A DNA stretch of 64,000 nucleotides from an uncultured Gemmatimonadota bacterium. Its GTDB lineage: Bacteria; SM23-81; DAOVCL01. The notes beneath the pieces are model-generated. The model was not told where the DNA came from and ran no database searches. It saw only the letters and a program-made list of their open reading frames with translations. Positions 55,404 to 64,000 of the stretch are shown piece after piece. The translations under genes and the position numbers were made by a program. The DNA lies in assembly GCA_964626665.1 (NCBI GenBank), contig CAZVGK010000001.1:1-64000 (forward strand), read 5' to 3'. Every line of letters begins with the position of its first letter. Within the stretch, counting starts at the first letter, position 1.

Positions 55404-56369
55404 ATGTTTCATATCCTGATTTCTTTGGTCCTGGTTCTCACCACCTCTGCTCAACCACAGGATAAGCTCTCTGCCGGAATTGAATCCTTTAAAGCCGGTA
55501 GATTCAATCAGGCCAAAGCCATCTTTGAAGAAATATTGAAGGCAGATCCGAAGGATGATCAAGCTCTCTTTTACCTTGGCCGATTGGATTTAGTGGAGGA
55601 TGATTACAGGGGTGCTACGCGTTACTTGGAAAAAGCCTTGAAGATCAATCCGCAGGAATCCGATTACCACCTCTGGCTGGGGCGGGCACTGGGAGAGAGA
55701 CTCCCCTATGTAGGGATATTTAAAAAGATAAAGCTATCGATGAGGATGAAGAAAGAGTTCGAAAAAGCGGTAGAGCTGGATTCAACCAGTATTCCTGCGC
55801 ATTTTCAAATGTTCTATCTCTATCTCCATTCACCACCTATGGCCGGAGGGGGAGTGGAAAAGGCTAAAAAGGAGGCAGAGATTATCAAAAGTCTTGATGA
55901 GGTGGAGGGTCATCTGGCATTTGCCGCACTCTATGATGAAGCCGGGGAGTTGGAAAAGGTAAGGGAAGAGTATAGAAGGGCACTTCAGCTTGCCCCGGAG
56001 GAAATTGAGGTAATATACAACTATGGCATATTTCTCCAGGGGCATAAGGAATATGATGAGGCTATTGGCTACTTCAATAAGATTCTGGAATTGGACCCTC
56101 AAAACTACAATGCCCATTATCAAATAGGAAAAACCCGCATCCTCGCTGAGAAAGACCTCACAGAAGCGAAGCATCACTTGGAGAAATGTTTAATAATGAA
56201 CTCAGCCGACCACCGATCACCATCCAAGGCTACGGTCCACTACCGATTGGGTCAGGTATATCACCTTCTGGATCAACTGGAGAAGGCTCGCCAAGAATGG
56301 GGAGAATCTCTCAGGCTTGAGCCCAATTTTAAGGAGGCAAAGGAATCCCTGAAAAAAGTTAAGAATTGA
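55404..56369 (+). CDS. exported tetratricopeptide repeat protein
   Basis: Signal peptide followed by multiple TPR units. ATG at 55404 after GGAGG. Confidence 0.88.
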   Translation: MFHILISLVLVLTTSAQPQDKLSAGIESFKAGRFNQAKAIFEEILKADPKDDQALFYLGRLDLVEDDYRGATRYLEKALKINPQESDYHLWLGRALGERLPYVGIFKKIKLSMRMKKEFEKAVELDSTSIPAHFQMFYLYLHSPPMAGGGVEKAKKEAEIIKSLDEVEGHLAFAALYDEAGELEKVREEYRRALQLAPEEIEVIYNYGIFLQGHKEYDEAIGYFNKILELDPQNYNAHYQIGKTRILAEKDLTEAKHHLEKCLIMNSADHRSPSKATVHYRLGQVYHLLDQLEKARQEWGESLRLEPNFKEAKESLKKVKN

Positions 56370-56725
56370 AGCCAAACTTTAGGTTGTTACACCTGGGGTC
56401 TACATTTTCTACTTTAGAGGTTTTTCTAATTGCTCAAGCCTCTCCATCAACCCCAGATCCTTAACCCTTATTTTCTCCTCCGACATCTTGCAAACCCCCC
56501 TGTAATCTCGTTTAGGGTTAACCTTTTAAAATGTACCCTTTAGCCTCCAGATGTAGGAGCATTATGCTGAGGCAATCTACTCTTCAATTTCCACAATGCA
56601 ATTAGTCAAACATCTAATAGAGATATATTTGTGAGATTAGTTGGTAGGAACTTATGAACCTCTTCAGATTGAGGAAGGACCTCTAAGATGTCTTTGGGGG
56701 GGGGGTGCTGCTCAGATTTACGCAG

Positions 56726-57649
56726 TTAGAATTTGGCTTCTAAGGAGTAAATCTTGGCTGGTTGAGTGGCGACCTTCTCGGGCAGATAGGCAAAGCTGAA
56801 GCCAAACCTGAAGCTTTTATACCTCCGAGCCACCCCCCCTCCGAAAGTGAATCGGTCGTTGTTGTAGCCTAACCTCAGATTGAAATCCTTATATATCGTA
56901 AAATCAGCTCCGAGGTGATACCTCCAGGACTGCTTTAGATTCTTCTCCAAGTCAAAGGCAGTGAGCAACCTCTCACTAAGCAGCCAGTAGGAAATGCCTA
57001 TCCGATAGTTAACTGGGATGGTGTCTGTGGTCGTAGTTCCCCTTGCCCAGAGGTCCTTTGTGTCCCATTTATATCTGGATCTGATGTTTTGGATTGAGGC
57101 CCCAACGGAGAACTTCTTCTCCCTTCTGTAAATCCCTCCAAACCCCAGCCCTACGGTGTAGGCGCTTATCCCAACCACCTTCTGCTGGAAATACCTAATG
57201 GCCAGGCCAAAGGCCAGATGGGGAATTGTTCTTTTGGAAAAGCAGAAGGTAATAGCATTCTCATTATCGGAGAGCTTTTCCGTGGGTTGTCCATCTTCAT
57301 CCCGTCCATCGATATCATCCAGTCCAGCGCTGATCCATCCTATTCCCACCCCGGCTTCATGTCTCAAGGGTTGGACATATCCCAAATATTTGAACTTCCT
57401 ATCCAGGGAGAGTGCCCGATAAGCGGTGGTGAAGACCCTCTTCCTGATGAAGGAGGGAGCTGCTGGATTGTAGTGGATGGCAGAGGCATCATCGGCCACC
57501 GAGACAAAAGCTCCTCCCATACTGAGGGCCTTTGCCCCTGCTCCCATCCTTAAGAAGGCTCCTGCATATCCCCTCTCTTCGGCAGCCATCAGGCAAGGGT
57601 GAATGAAGAAGAGAAGAAGAAATAAGATGGGTATCTTTTTGGTATGCAC
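56726..57649 (-). CDS. PorV/PorQ-family outer-membrane beta-barrel
   Basis: FLRMGAGAKALSMGGAF..ADDASAIHYNPAA motif, signal peptide, terminal Phe. Confidence 0.85.
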   Translation of the reverse strand: MHTKKIPILFLLLFFIHPCLMAAEERGYAGAFLRMGAGAKALSMGGAFVSVADDASAIHYNPAAPSFIRKRVFTTAYRALSLDRKFKYLGYVQPLRHEAGVGIGWISAGLDDIDGRDEDGQPTEKLSDNENAITFCFSKRTIPHLAFGLAIRYFQQKVVGISAYTVGLGFGGIYRREKKFSVGASIQNIRSRYKWDTKDLWARGTTTTDTIPVNYRIGISYWLLSERLLTAFDLEKNLKQSWRYHLGADFTIYKDFNLRLGYNNDRFTFGGGVARRYKSFRFGFSFAYLPEKVATQPAKIYSLEAKF

Positions 57650-57659
57650 TTTTCCCCCT

Positions 57660-59597
57660 TTAGTCCATAACTACTATTTTGCCCCAGGCCACCCGTCCAT
57701 CGGCCCCCTCCACCTTGTAGAGATAAGCGCCATTGGCTACCCTGTCTCCCTTTCCGTTTTTCCCGTTCCAGTTTATCCCTCGGTCGCCTCTGGGATCTTC
57801 GGAACTGAGTGTTTTCACCAGATCCAGGGCCAGGTCGTAGATCTTAACCACCGTCCTGCCTGCTTTTGCTGTGTGATAGACAATCCTGATCGCCCCGGAA
57901 CGGGAAGGAGAGAAGGGATTGGGGAAAGCGTAGGTTGAGGGAGCCTTGTCAACTCCAATGGGCCCATAGGCTTTGATTATCCGCCAGCTTTTCCCATCGT
58001 CCTTAGATAGGGCCAAGCCCTGGTAAGTCCCCACCCAAACGGTTGTATCCTCCGACCTTTCCACCACTTTTACCGAGATCACCTCATCGATATAGATCCG
58101 GTCATTGCTTGGATAATCGACGATGTCGAAGAACTCCCAATGCCTACCTCCATCCCTTGACCTGATCAGCCCATGGTCGGTCGCCGCCCAGACCACGGAG
58201 TCCTGGAAGCTAAAGTTCCAGGCAGTATACCCCTCCATATAGTTTCGCCAGGTATTTCCCCCATCCTCAGTCTTCACAATTCCCGTAGACCCATTGTCCT
58301 TGTCCGTGGGCCTTGTCCCGGCCCAGAGAACCGTCTTCAAACTATCCTTCTGCCTATATTTTTGCACCCCTAAGCTGACCACGAAGTTCCCCGGGATGCG
58401 GGTCTGCTCAGAGTTATAGTTTACCCAGGTCTTCCCCTTATCTGCCGAGCGGTTGATCCCATCCGCGGTTCCAGCCCATATAGTATCACCACAGGTGACC
58501 ACGGAGAAAGCCCGCTGGTTGTAGTCGCTGTAACTGGGGTCAAAGGGCTTGTTATCTGGGGTGACCTTATCCCAAGTTAAGCCCCAATCGCTGCTTTTGG
58601 CCAGGCCTCCGTAGAATGCGGCGATCCAGACGGTGGTATCCTGCAGGGCAATATCATAGATGGGACGTCCCACATCAATGATCTTCTCCCCGAACTGGAA
58701 GCTATCGTTCTTTAACCAGAAGCCTGTGGAATCCTTGGCTGTTCTCACCTTGGCCCGCAGGATCCAATTCCCCCCCAGGCCGGTCTCCTCAGAGAAGTGC
58801 CATCTCCCCTGGGTGCCCCGGTAGATGAGGTTTCTTCCCTTGCTAATTCCCCGGGCATCCCGCCCAATGGAGAGAGGGGGGGGAGCCTCAAAGATGAGAC
58901 CAATCCTGAAAGAGGGTATATTAACTGTGATGGCCTCGGAAGTGAGGTCAATGTCGATAAATTTGGTTGTGTCCCCTTTTATTTCGTAGGACTTAGTGAA
59001 GATAGTGTCGCCTGGATTCTCCTTTCCCTCATCTTGCCAAATTCTCAAGAGAAAGGGGGCGGTTCCCTCTTTGCCTATATAGACCCTCACGGTGTCAATG
59101 GAGACAGGCAGGTTGGAGGTATCCACCTCGAAGACGGAAGCGAAGCAATCGCCCCTTTCAAATCCGGGTTGAAAGTAGTAGTTGCGAAAGATGTATTGGG
59201 TGGGAAAGGAAAACCAACTATCTCCCCCCTCTTTAGTCAGACTCAATCCTGCCCCAGCAGGGAAGTAGTCCTCCCCCACCTGCTCCCCATACCCTGTAGC
59301 TGCCCAGATGATATTGGGTTTCACCGAAGCTAAGGCAAAAATGTTGTCCCTGGCTAACCCATCCTCGGTGGTATAGGTTTTCCATCCCTGGGGGCCGAAG
59401 GGATCCCCCACCAGTTTGTTTATCCCACTTGAGGTTCCCACCCAGAGCGAGTCACCATCCCAATCAATATCCCCGATGCCATTTCCCGAGATCCTCCCCA
59501 GGGTCTCGGTGGCAAAATCCTTGGGGATCTGGGCGGATAAAGAGAGTGGGAAAAAAAGTAGGTGAATTATGGATAGAGTAATGATGCTCCTTAGCAT
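57660..59597 (-). CDS. secreted beta-propeller (BNR/Asp-box) protein with FlgD-Ig/T9SS-like C-terminal domain
   Basis: Repeated S.D.G.TW boxes, then AFPNPF..KIYD..WNGKN.KGDRVANGAYLY. Confidence 0.85.
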   Translation of the reverse strand: MLRSIITLSIIHLLFFPLSLSAQIPKDFATETLGRISGNGIGDIDWDGDSLWVGTSSGINKLVGDPFGPQGWKTYTTEDGLARDNIFALASVKPNIIWAATGYGEQVGEDYFPAGAGLSLTKEGGDSWFSFPTQYIFRNYYFQPGFERGDCFASVFEVDTSNLPVSIDTVRVYIGKEGTAPFLLRIWQDEGKENPGDTIFTKSYEIKGDTTKFIDIDLTSEAITVNIPSFRIGLIFEAPPPLSIGRDARGISKGRNLIYRGTQGRWHFSEETGLGGNWILRAKVRTAKDSTGFWLKNDSFQFGEKIIDVGRPIYDIALQDTTVWIAAFYGGLAKSSDWGLTWDKVTPDNKPFDPSYSDYNQRAFSVVTCGDTIWAGTADGINRSADKGKTWVNYNSEQTRIPGNFVVSLGVQKYRQKDSLKTVLWAGTRPTDKDNGSTGIVKTEDGGNTWRNYMEGYTAWNFSFQDSVVWAATDHGLIRSRDGGRHWEFFDIVDYPSNDRIYIDEVISVKVVERSEDTTVWVGTYQGLALSKDDGKSWRIIKAYGPIGVDKAPSTYAFPNPFSPSRSGAIRIVYHTAKAGRTVVKIYDLALDLVKTLSSEDPRGDRGINWNGKNGKGDRVANGAYLYKVEGADGRVAWGKIVVMD

Positions 59598-59608
59598 GGA
59601 AATAGCTC

Positions 59609-60346
59609 CTATTTAGGGTTTATAGTGAAATACGAGGTGTCTGGCTGACTTTCCAACCCACTTCTATCTTTAGCAATGAAAACCCAAGTATAGGTTCCAA
59701 CCCAAAAGGTATCGGGTGGAAAGGGAATCATCATTGAAAAGACATTGTCATCTTCAACTTTATCACAGGAGTAAGGATGTGTGCCACCGTCATTGAACAA
59801 GTAAAAGGGACTTAACTTTGCCTCTTCTCCATTGGGTATAAAACTATGAAAACGGACATCATTGACATCGCTCCAACCCTGGTGATCATTTATCTGAGCA
59901 TAGATATATATGGTACCCTGGGCAATAGAGTCAATGGAGGAGGGGCTAACAGTTACGCTTTCTATCCAGGGTGGCTGGTTCTTCCCTGGCAGGGCCCAAT
60001 CCTGGTTGGAGTATTCGCTCTCTCCCTGAGAGTAAAAAGCAGTTACAACATAGTAGTAGATGATGTCATCTGTAACGGTGATATCGGCATATTCTGGCTG
60101 GGGCATCTTCTCGATCGTAGCAATGGAAGAATAGCCTTCGCCAGATTTTTTCCTGTATAGCTTATACCCGGTCACCCCTTCAGCCTTAGGAACCTGCCAG
60201 CTAAGATAGACTCTCCCCTCCAGCCCGGAATCGGCCACGAGGTTAAAGGGGGGCTCTAAATATTTTTCCTTTACAGGATTTTTGCCGCATTGAAGCCAGG
60301 CAAAAGAGAGGAAGATCAGGACGAATGGCAGAACTTTTCTTAACAT
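59609..60346 (-). CDS. lipoprotein with fibronectin type III domain
   Basis: Lipobox WLQC and FN3 pattern LSW..GYKLYR..YYYVVTA..ES. Confidence 0.8.
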   Translation of the reverse strand: MLRKVLPFVLIFLSFAWLQCGKNPVKEKYLEPPFNLVADSGLEGRVYLSWQVPKAEGVTGYKLYRKKSGEGYSSIATIEKMPQPEYADITVTDDIIYYYVVTAFYSQGESEYSNQDWALPGKNQPPWIESVTVSPSSIDSIAQGTIYIYAQINDHQGWSDVNDVRFHSFIPNGEEAKLSPFYLFNDGGTHPYSCDKVEDDNVFSMMIPFPPDTFWVGTYTWVFIAKDRSGLESQPDTSYFTINPK

Positions 60347-60455
60347 TTCTCACCTCCCCCTGTTGGTTGGGAAGTTAACCAAATTTGAACTCGGATACCG
60401 AGCTGCGGAAACCTATTTCTGCCACATTTGCCAACAGGCCGTAAACAACCCCCCC

Positions 60456-60484
60456 ATAATAAAGGGTCAAACCAAGCCTGTCAA
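60456..60484 (-). promoter_or_regulatory. promoter of the lipoprotein-propeller-PorV operon
   Basis: TTGACA-N17-TATTAT on the minus strand. Confidence 0.65.
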
Positions 60485-60516
60485 GCCAATTTAATTCCAT
60501 TCTTACTTTAAGGGCG

Positions 60517-61533
60517 TCAAAATTCCTTTCCTCGTAGGCGGCTGATCCTCCGACGGGCGTTTATATGCTCACGATTGGTGCGGGAGAATATGTGGCTGCC
60601 ATCCCCCTGGGCAACAAAGTAGAGGTAATTGGTGGAGGCAGGCCAGAGGGCTGCCTTTATGGACTCCAATCCCGGATTGCAGATAGGGCCAGGGGGGAGA
60701 CCTGGATGGAGATAGGTGTTGTAAGGGGATTTTACCCTAAGGTCCCTTTTTGTGAGAAGGTGGTTGGGGAGGGAAAGGGCATAGAGCACCGTGGGGTCAC
60801 ATTGCAGGGGCATCCTCATCTTCAAGCGGTGGTGAAAGACGGCTGATATTAAAGGCCTCTCCTGAGGGAGTCCGGTTTCCTTCTCGATGAGGGAGGCCAG
60901 AGTTAGAACTTGGTTCAAGCTCAGGCCCAACTCCTCAGCTTTGGCCTTTAGATCGGAGGTGAAAACCTTAAAGAGTCCATCTACCATTAGCTTGGCTATC
61001 TCCTCCTCCTTCATCCCCCAGCAGAGCTTGTAGGTGTTAGGGAAGAGATAACCCTCTAAATTGGAGGTATTAACCCCTAATTTTTGGCAGAAACCCTTAT
61101 CGGTGGCTGTGGCCACAAGCGCGGTGGAGTCAACCTCCAACTTTCTCTGGAGGAGGCCAGCAATTTCCTTGAAGGTGAGGCCCTCGGGTATGGTGACATC
61201 CTCGGTGACTGATTTCCCCTGGCTGAGCAGGTGTAAAATCTGCCAAAGGGAAACCCCAGGCCTAATCCGGTAGCGGCCTGCCTTGAGACCTTTCTCCCAA
61301 CCGCAGACCTTGGCAAAGAAGACGAAGAAATTCTCGTTTCCAATTAAGTCCCTCTTACTGAGGCTATGAGCGATCTCCCTTACATTCATCCCCCTTTTGA
61401 TATATATCTCCCTTGGGGGTTGGTGGGTGTTGGGCACCGGAGGGGCAAAGAGGGCAAATCCCAGAAGGATCACCAAGGTAAAGGCGACAACTATAAGTAA
61501 CTCCCTGAGGAGACTTTTCAGTTGGCTGTTCAT
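60517..61533 (-). CDS. mltG: endolytic transglycosylase MltG
   Basis: TIPEG, LEGYLFPNTY, ASLIEKET and SPYNTY..GLPPGPI motifs. Confidence 0.96.
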   Translation of the reverse strand: MNSQLKSLLRELLIVVAFTLVILLGFALFAPPVPNTHQPPREIYIKRGMNVREIAHSLSKRDLIGNENFFVFFAKVCGWEKGLKAGRYRIRPGVSLWQILHLLSQGKSVTEDVTIPEGLTFKEIAGLLQRKLEVDSTALVATATDKGFCQKLGVNTSNLEGYLFPNTYKLCWGMKEEEIAKLMVDGLFKVFTSDLKAKAEELGLSLNQVLTLASLIEKETGLPQERPLISAVFHHRLKMRMPLQCDPTVLYALSLPNHLLTKRDLRVKSPYNTYLHPGLPPGPICNPGLESIKAALWPASTNYLYFVAQGDGSHIFSRTNREHINARRRISRLRGKEF

Positions 61534-61952
61534 CTTTGGCTCTCCAGGTAGGACTGGAGGATGATGGTAGCAGCTAATCTATCCACCTCTCCCTTCCTTC
61601 CCTTTGTTCTTCTCCTCATATCATTTAGGGCCCGCCGAGCGGATATAGTGCTGAGCCTTTCATCCCAGGTCACAATCGGTTTTTTTAGCTTCTCCCGAAG
61701 TTTTTCCGTGAATTTTAAAACCTTTTTGGCAGTTGGCCCTTTGCTCCCATTCATATTCAGGGGAAGACCAACCACTACCTTTGTTATTCCCTTTTGGGTC
61801 ACCATCTCCTCTATTTTGGTGAGGAGTTCTCCCTCATCCTCTGGCTCCAAGGTCTCCATCCCTTGGGCGGTGAGCCCCAGGGGGTCGCTTAAGGCCAAGC
61901 CTACCCTTTTCTCCCCAAAGTCCACAGCCAGTATCCTTTGCTCCCCTTTAAT
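61530..61952 (-). CDS. ruvX: RuvX/YqgF nuclease
   Basis: RILAVDFGEKRVG, VVGLP, WDERLST and VD..AA.IILQ motifs. Start probably ATT at 61952. Confidence 0.93.
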   Translation of the reverse strand: MKGEQRILAVDFGEKRVGLALSDPLGLTAQGMETLEPEDEGELLTKIEEMVTQKGITKVVVGLPLNMNGSKGPTAKKVLKFTEKLREKLKKPIVTWDERLSTISARRALNDMRRRTKGRKGEVDRLAATIILQSYLESQR

Positions 61953-62021
61953 CTCTACACCTCCCTTTGGGGAAATATAGCGTCCGCTTGTTTAGAGGTC
62001 AACCCCTTTATCCTCCTGAGG

Positions 62022-63383
62022 TCAACCCGGGGAATCCGGCTTCTTGGGGCGAATCTCTTCCTCTTTGTGCCTCTTCCAATATTCCATCCTTTTTTTGATC
62101 TCCCTTTCAAAGCCGAAGTCGCTGGGAGTGTAATACTTTCTTCCCTGCAGGTTCTCCGGAAGATAATCCTGGGCTACGAAATGGTCGGGGAAGTTGTGGG
62201 GGAACTTATAGCCCTGACCATAGCCTAAATCTTTCATTAGCCCGGTGGGGGCATTCCTTATGTGAAGGGGAACGGGTAGGGCCTGGGTATTTTGCACATC
62301 CTTTTTAACCCAAGCAAAGGCCCGATCCACGGCATTGGATTTGGGGGCGGTAGCCAGATAGACGGCCGCCTGGGCCAAGGCCAGCTCCCCCTCCGGGGAA
62401 CCGAGGAAGTGGTAGGCCTCCTTGGCCGCCAGGGCTACCTGCAGTGCTTGAGGGTCAGCATTTCCCACATCCTCGGAGGCGAACCTGACCATTCTGCGGG
62501 CGATGTAGAGGGGGTCTTCCCCGGATTCCAGCATCCTGGTCAACCAGTAGAGGGCAGCATCGGGATCTGAGCCGCGCAGGCTTTTGTGCAGAGCGCTGAT
62601 CAGGTTGTAGTGTTCTTCACCTGACTTATCATAGAGGAGAACCCTCTTCTGCAGGGCCTCCTGAGTTAACTTGAGGGTGATCCTCTTCTGACCATCCTTC
62701 TCCGCAGGGGCCGTCGTTAGGGCAAACTCCATTCCGCTGAGGGCTACGCGGGCATCGCCGTTGGCTACTTGGGCGATATAGCTTAGGGCGTCTTTCTCCA
62801 CCTGGGCCCTGTAATTACCCAGTCCCCTTTTCTTGTCCCTCAGGGCTCTCTGGAGGATGAGCAAGATCTCCTCCGGGGATAAGGGGTTGAGGGTATATAC
62901 CTGGCAGCGGGAGAGAAGGGCGGAGATAACCTCAAAGGAGGGATTCTCGGTGGTGGCCCCAATAAGTGTGATGGTTCCCTTCTCCACATAGGGGAGGAAG
63001 GCGTCCTGTTGGGCTTTGTTGAAGCGGTGGATCTCATCGACGAAGAGGATTGTCCTCTTCTGATGGGTTCTCCACTGGTATCTGGCGATCTTGATGACCT
63101 CCCTAATCTCCTTTACCCCGGAGAGGACTGCACTAAAGGAGATAAAGTAGGAATTGGTATATTTGGCTATCAGCCGAGCCAGGGTGGTCTTCCCGCCTCC
63201 TGGTGGCCCCCAGAAGATTAGCGATCCGGTCTCCCCGGATTCGATTGCCCCCCTGAGCGGTTTCCCCTTTTCTAAGAGGTGTTCCTGGCCCACAAACTCA
63301 TCCAGGCTTTGAGGCCTCATCCTTTCGGCTAAGGGGGCGGGCCCTTCCTCCTCCTTTTTCCCGAAGAGATCTATCTCCTCCAT
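62022..63383 (-). CDS. rarA: replication-associated recombination protein A
   Basis: PLAERMRP, GPPGGGKT, DEIHRFNK, ATTENP and SALHKS.RGSD motifs. Confidence 0.97.
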   Translation of the reverse strand: MEEIDLFGKKEEEGPAPLAERMRPQSLDEFVGQEHLLEKGKPLRGAIESGETGSLIFWGPPGGGKTTLARLIAKYTNSYFISFSAVLSGVKEIREVIKIARYQWRTHQKRTILFVDEIHRFNKAQQDAFLPYVEKGTITLIGATTENPSFEVISALLSRCQVYTLNPLSPEEILLILQRALRDKKRGLGNYRAQVEKDALSYIAQVANGDARVALSGMEFALTTAPAEKDGQKRITLKLTQEALQKRVLLYDKSGEEHYNLISALHKSLRGSDPDAALYWLTRMLESGEDPLYIARRMVRFASEDVGNADPQALQVALAAKEAYHFLGSPEGELALAQAAVYLATAPKSNAVDRAFAWVKKDVQNTQALPVPLHIRNAPTGLMKDLGYGQGYKFPHNFPDHFVAQDYLPENLQGRKYYTPSDFGFEREIKKRMEYWKRHKEEEIRPKKPDSPG

Positions 63384-64000
63384 CTCTCTTTCGACTTGAT
63401 TACCTTGAAAGCATAGGAATTACCATTTTTAGACAGGATAAATGGGATGAACAGGATAAGTAAACCTCCCCACCCACAAGGGGTATCCAAAAGGTCTCCT
63501 CCCCCTTGATGAGGGAGGACTAAGGAGAGTGTGAAAATTATACCCGTTTCCTCCTCCACCTTCACCTACCAGGGGAGAGGAAACTATGAGGAGGGCTATC
63601 ATCCCTATTGAAAGAAGGGGGTATTTTGATAGGTGTTCATAAAAATCCGGTAAACCCTGTTCATCCTGTCAGAAAAGCTCCGCAGCAGGCGGCTAAGTTC
63701 ACCCCCAAGTTCCCTCTATCTCTGGTAATATAATCAGGAAGGTTGGTTTCGGCAACTATTTTCGAGCCTTGACTGGCATGGCCCAAATTGAGCCCCCCTG
63801 AAGGGTTAAGGAGGTCAAATCTTAAATGGGTAACCAGCATCTGGGTTTAGCTGATATGGCCTTTTCAATTTTTCTCCAACCTATCCCATTAGTAAAAGAT
63901 CGTCACGGAATCTCACGGAGAAAAGCAATTAAAAATTGACAATTAAGAATTAAAAATGGGGTTTCCGCTGGTTATCTCTGCTCCCCGATCCCTGTAAACT

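Overview
A 64-kb chromosomal window from an anaerobic bacterium. A PorV-family barrel and a FlgD-type C-terminal sorting domain suggest an FCB-related candidate lineage (inference). The core (10.7-45 kb) is an energy-conservation island. hypFCDE is transcribed divergently from rex. A Rex-box-controlled operon follows, encoding a group 4 membrane-bound [NiFe]-hydrogenase with an Mrp antiporter module and its own NAD(P)H module (AsrA/HydB-like, AsrB/HydG-like, a degenerate NuoG/Fdh-like subunit and a polyferredoxin). Immediately downstream is a second complex I-like operon in Mbs/Mbx (membrane-bound sulfane reductase) gene order. Its catalytic subunit has no NiFe ligands, its last subunit is an MbsN-GltD fusion, and it is preceded by a His-less CsoR/CstR-type repressor and a TACCC..GGGTA operator. 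The flanks carry housekeeping genes (purF, prmC, xth, mltG, ruvX, rarA), two-component genes, a REC-GcvH-like fusion, a HEAT/P-loop/WD40 protein and a PorV-family/secreted propeller locus. Intergenic DNA is dense with nested REP/MITE-like elements, a RAYT transposase, two attC-like relics and three copies of a ~170-bp five-hairpin repeat. I saw no tRNA, rRNA or CRISPR array. All calls come from reading motifs by eye; no searches were run.
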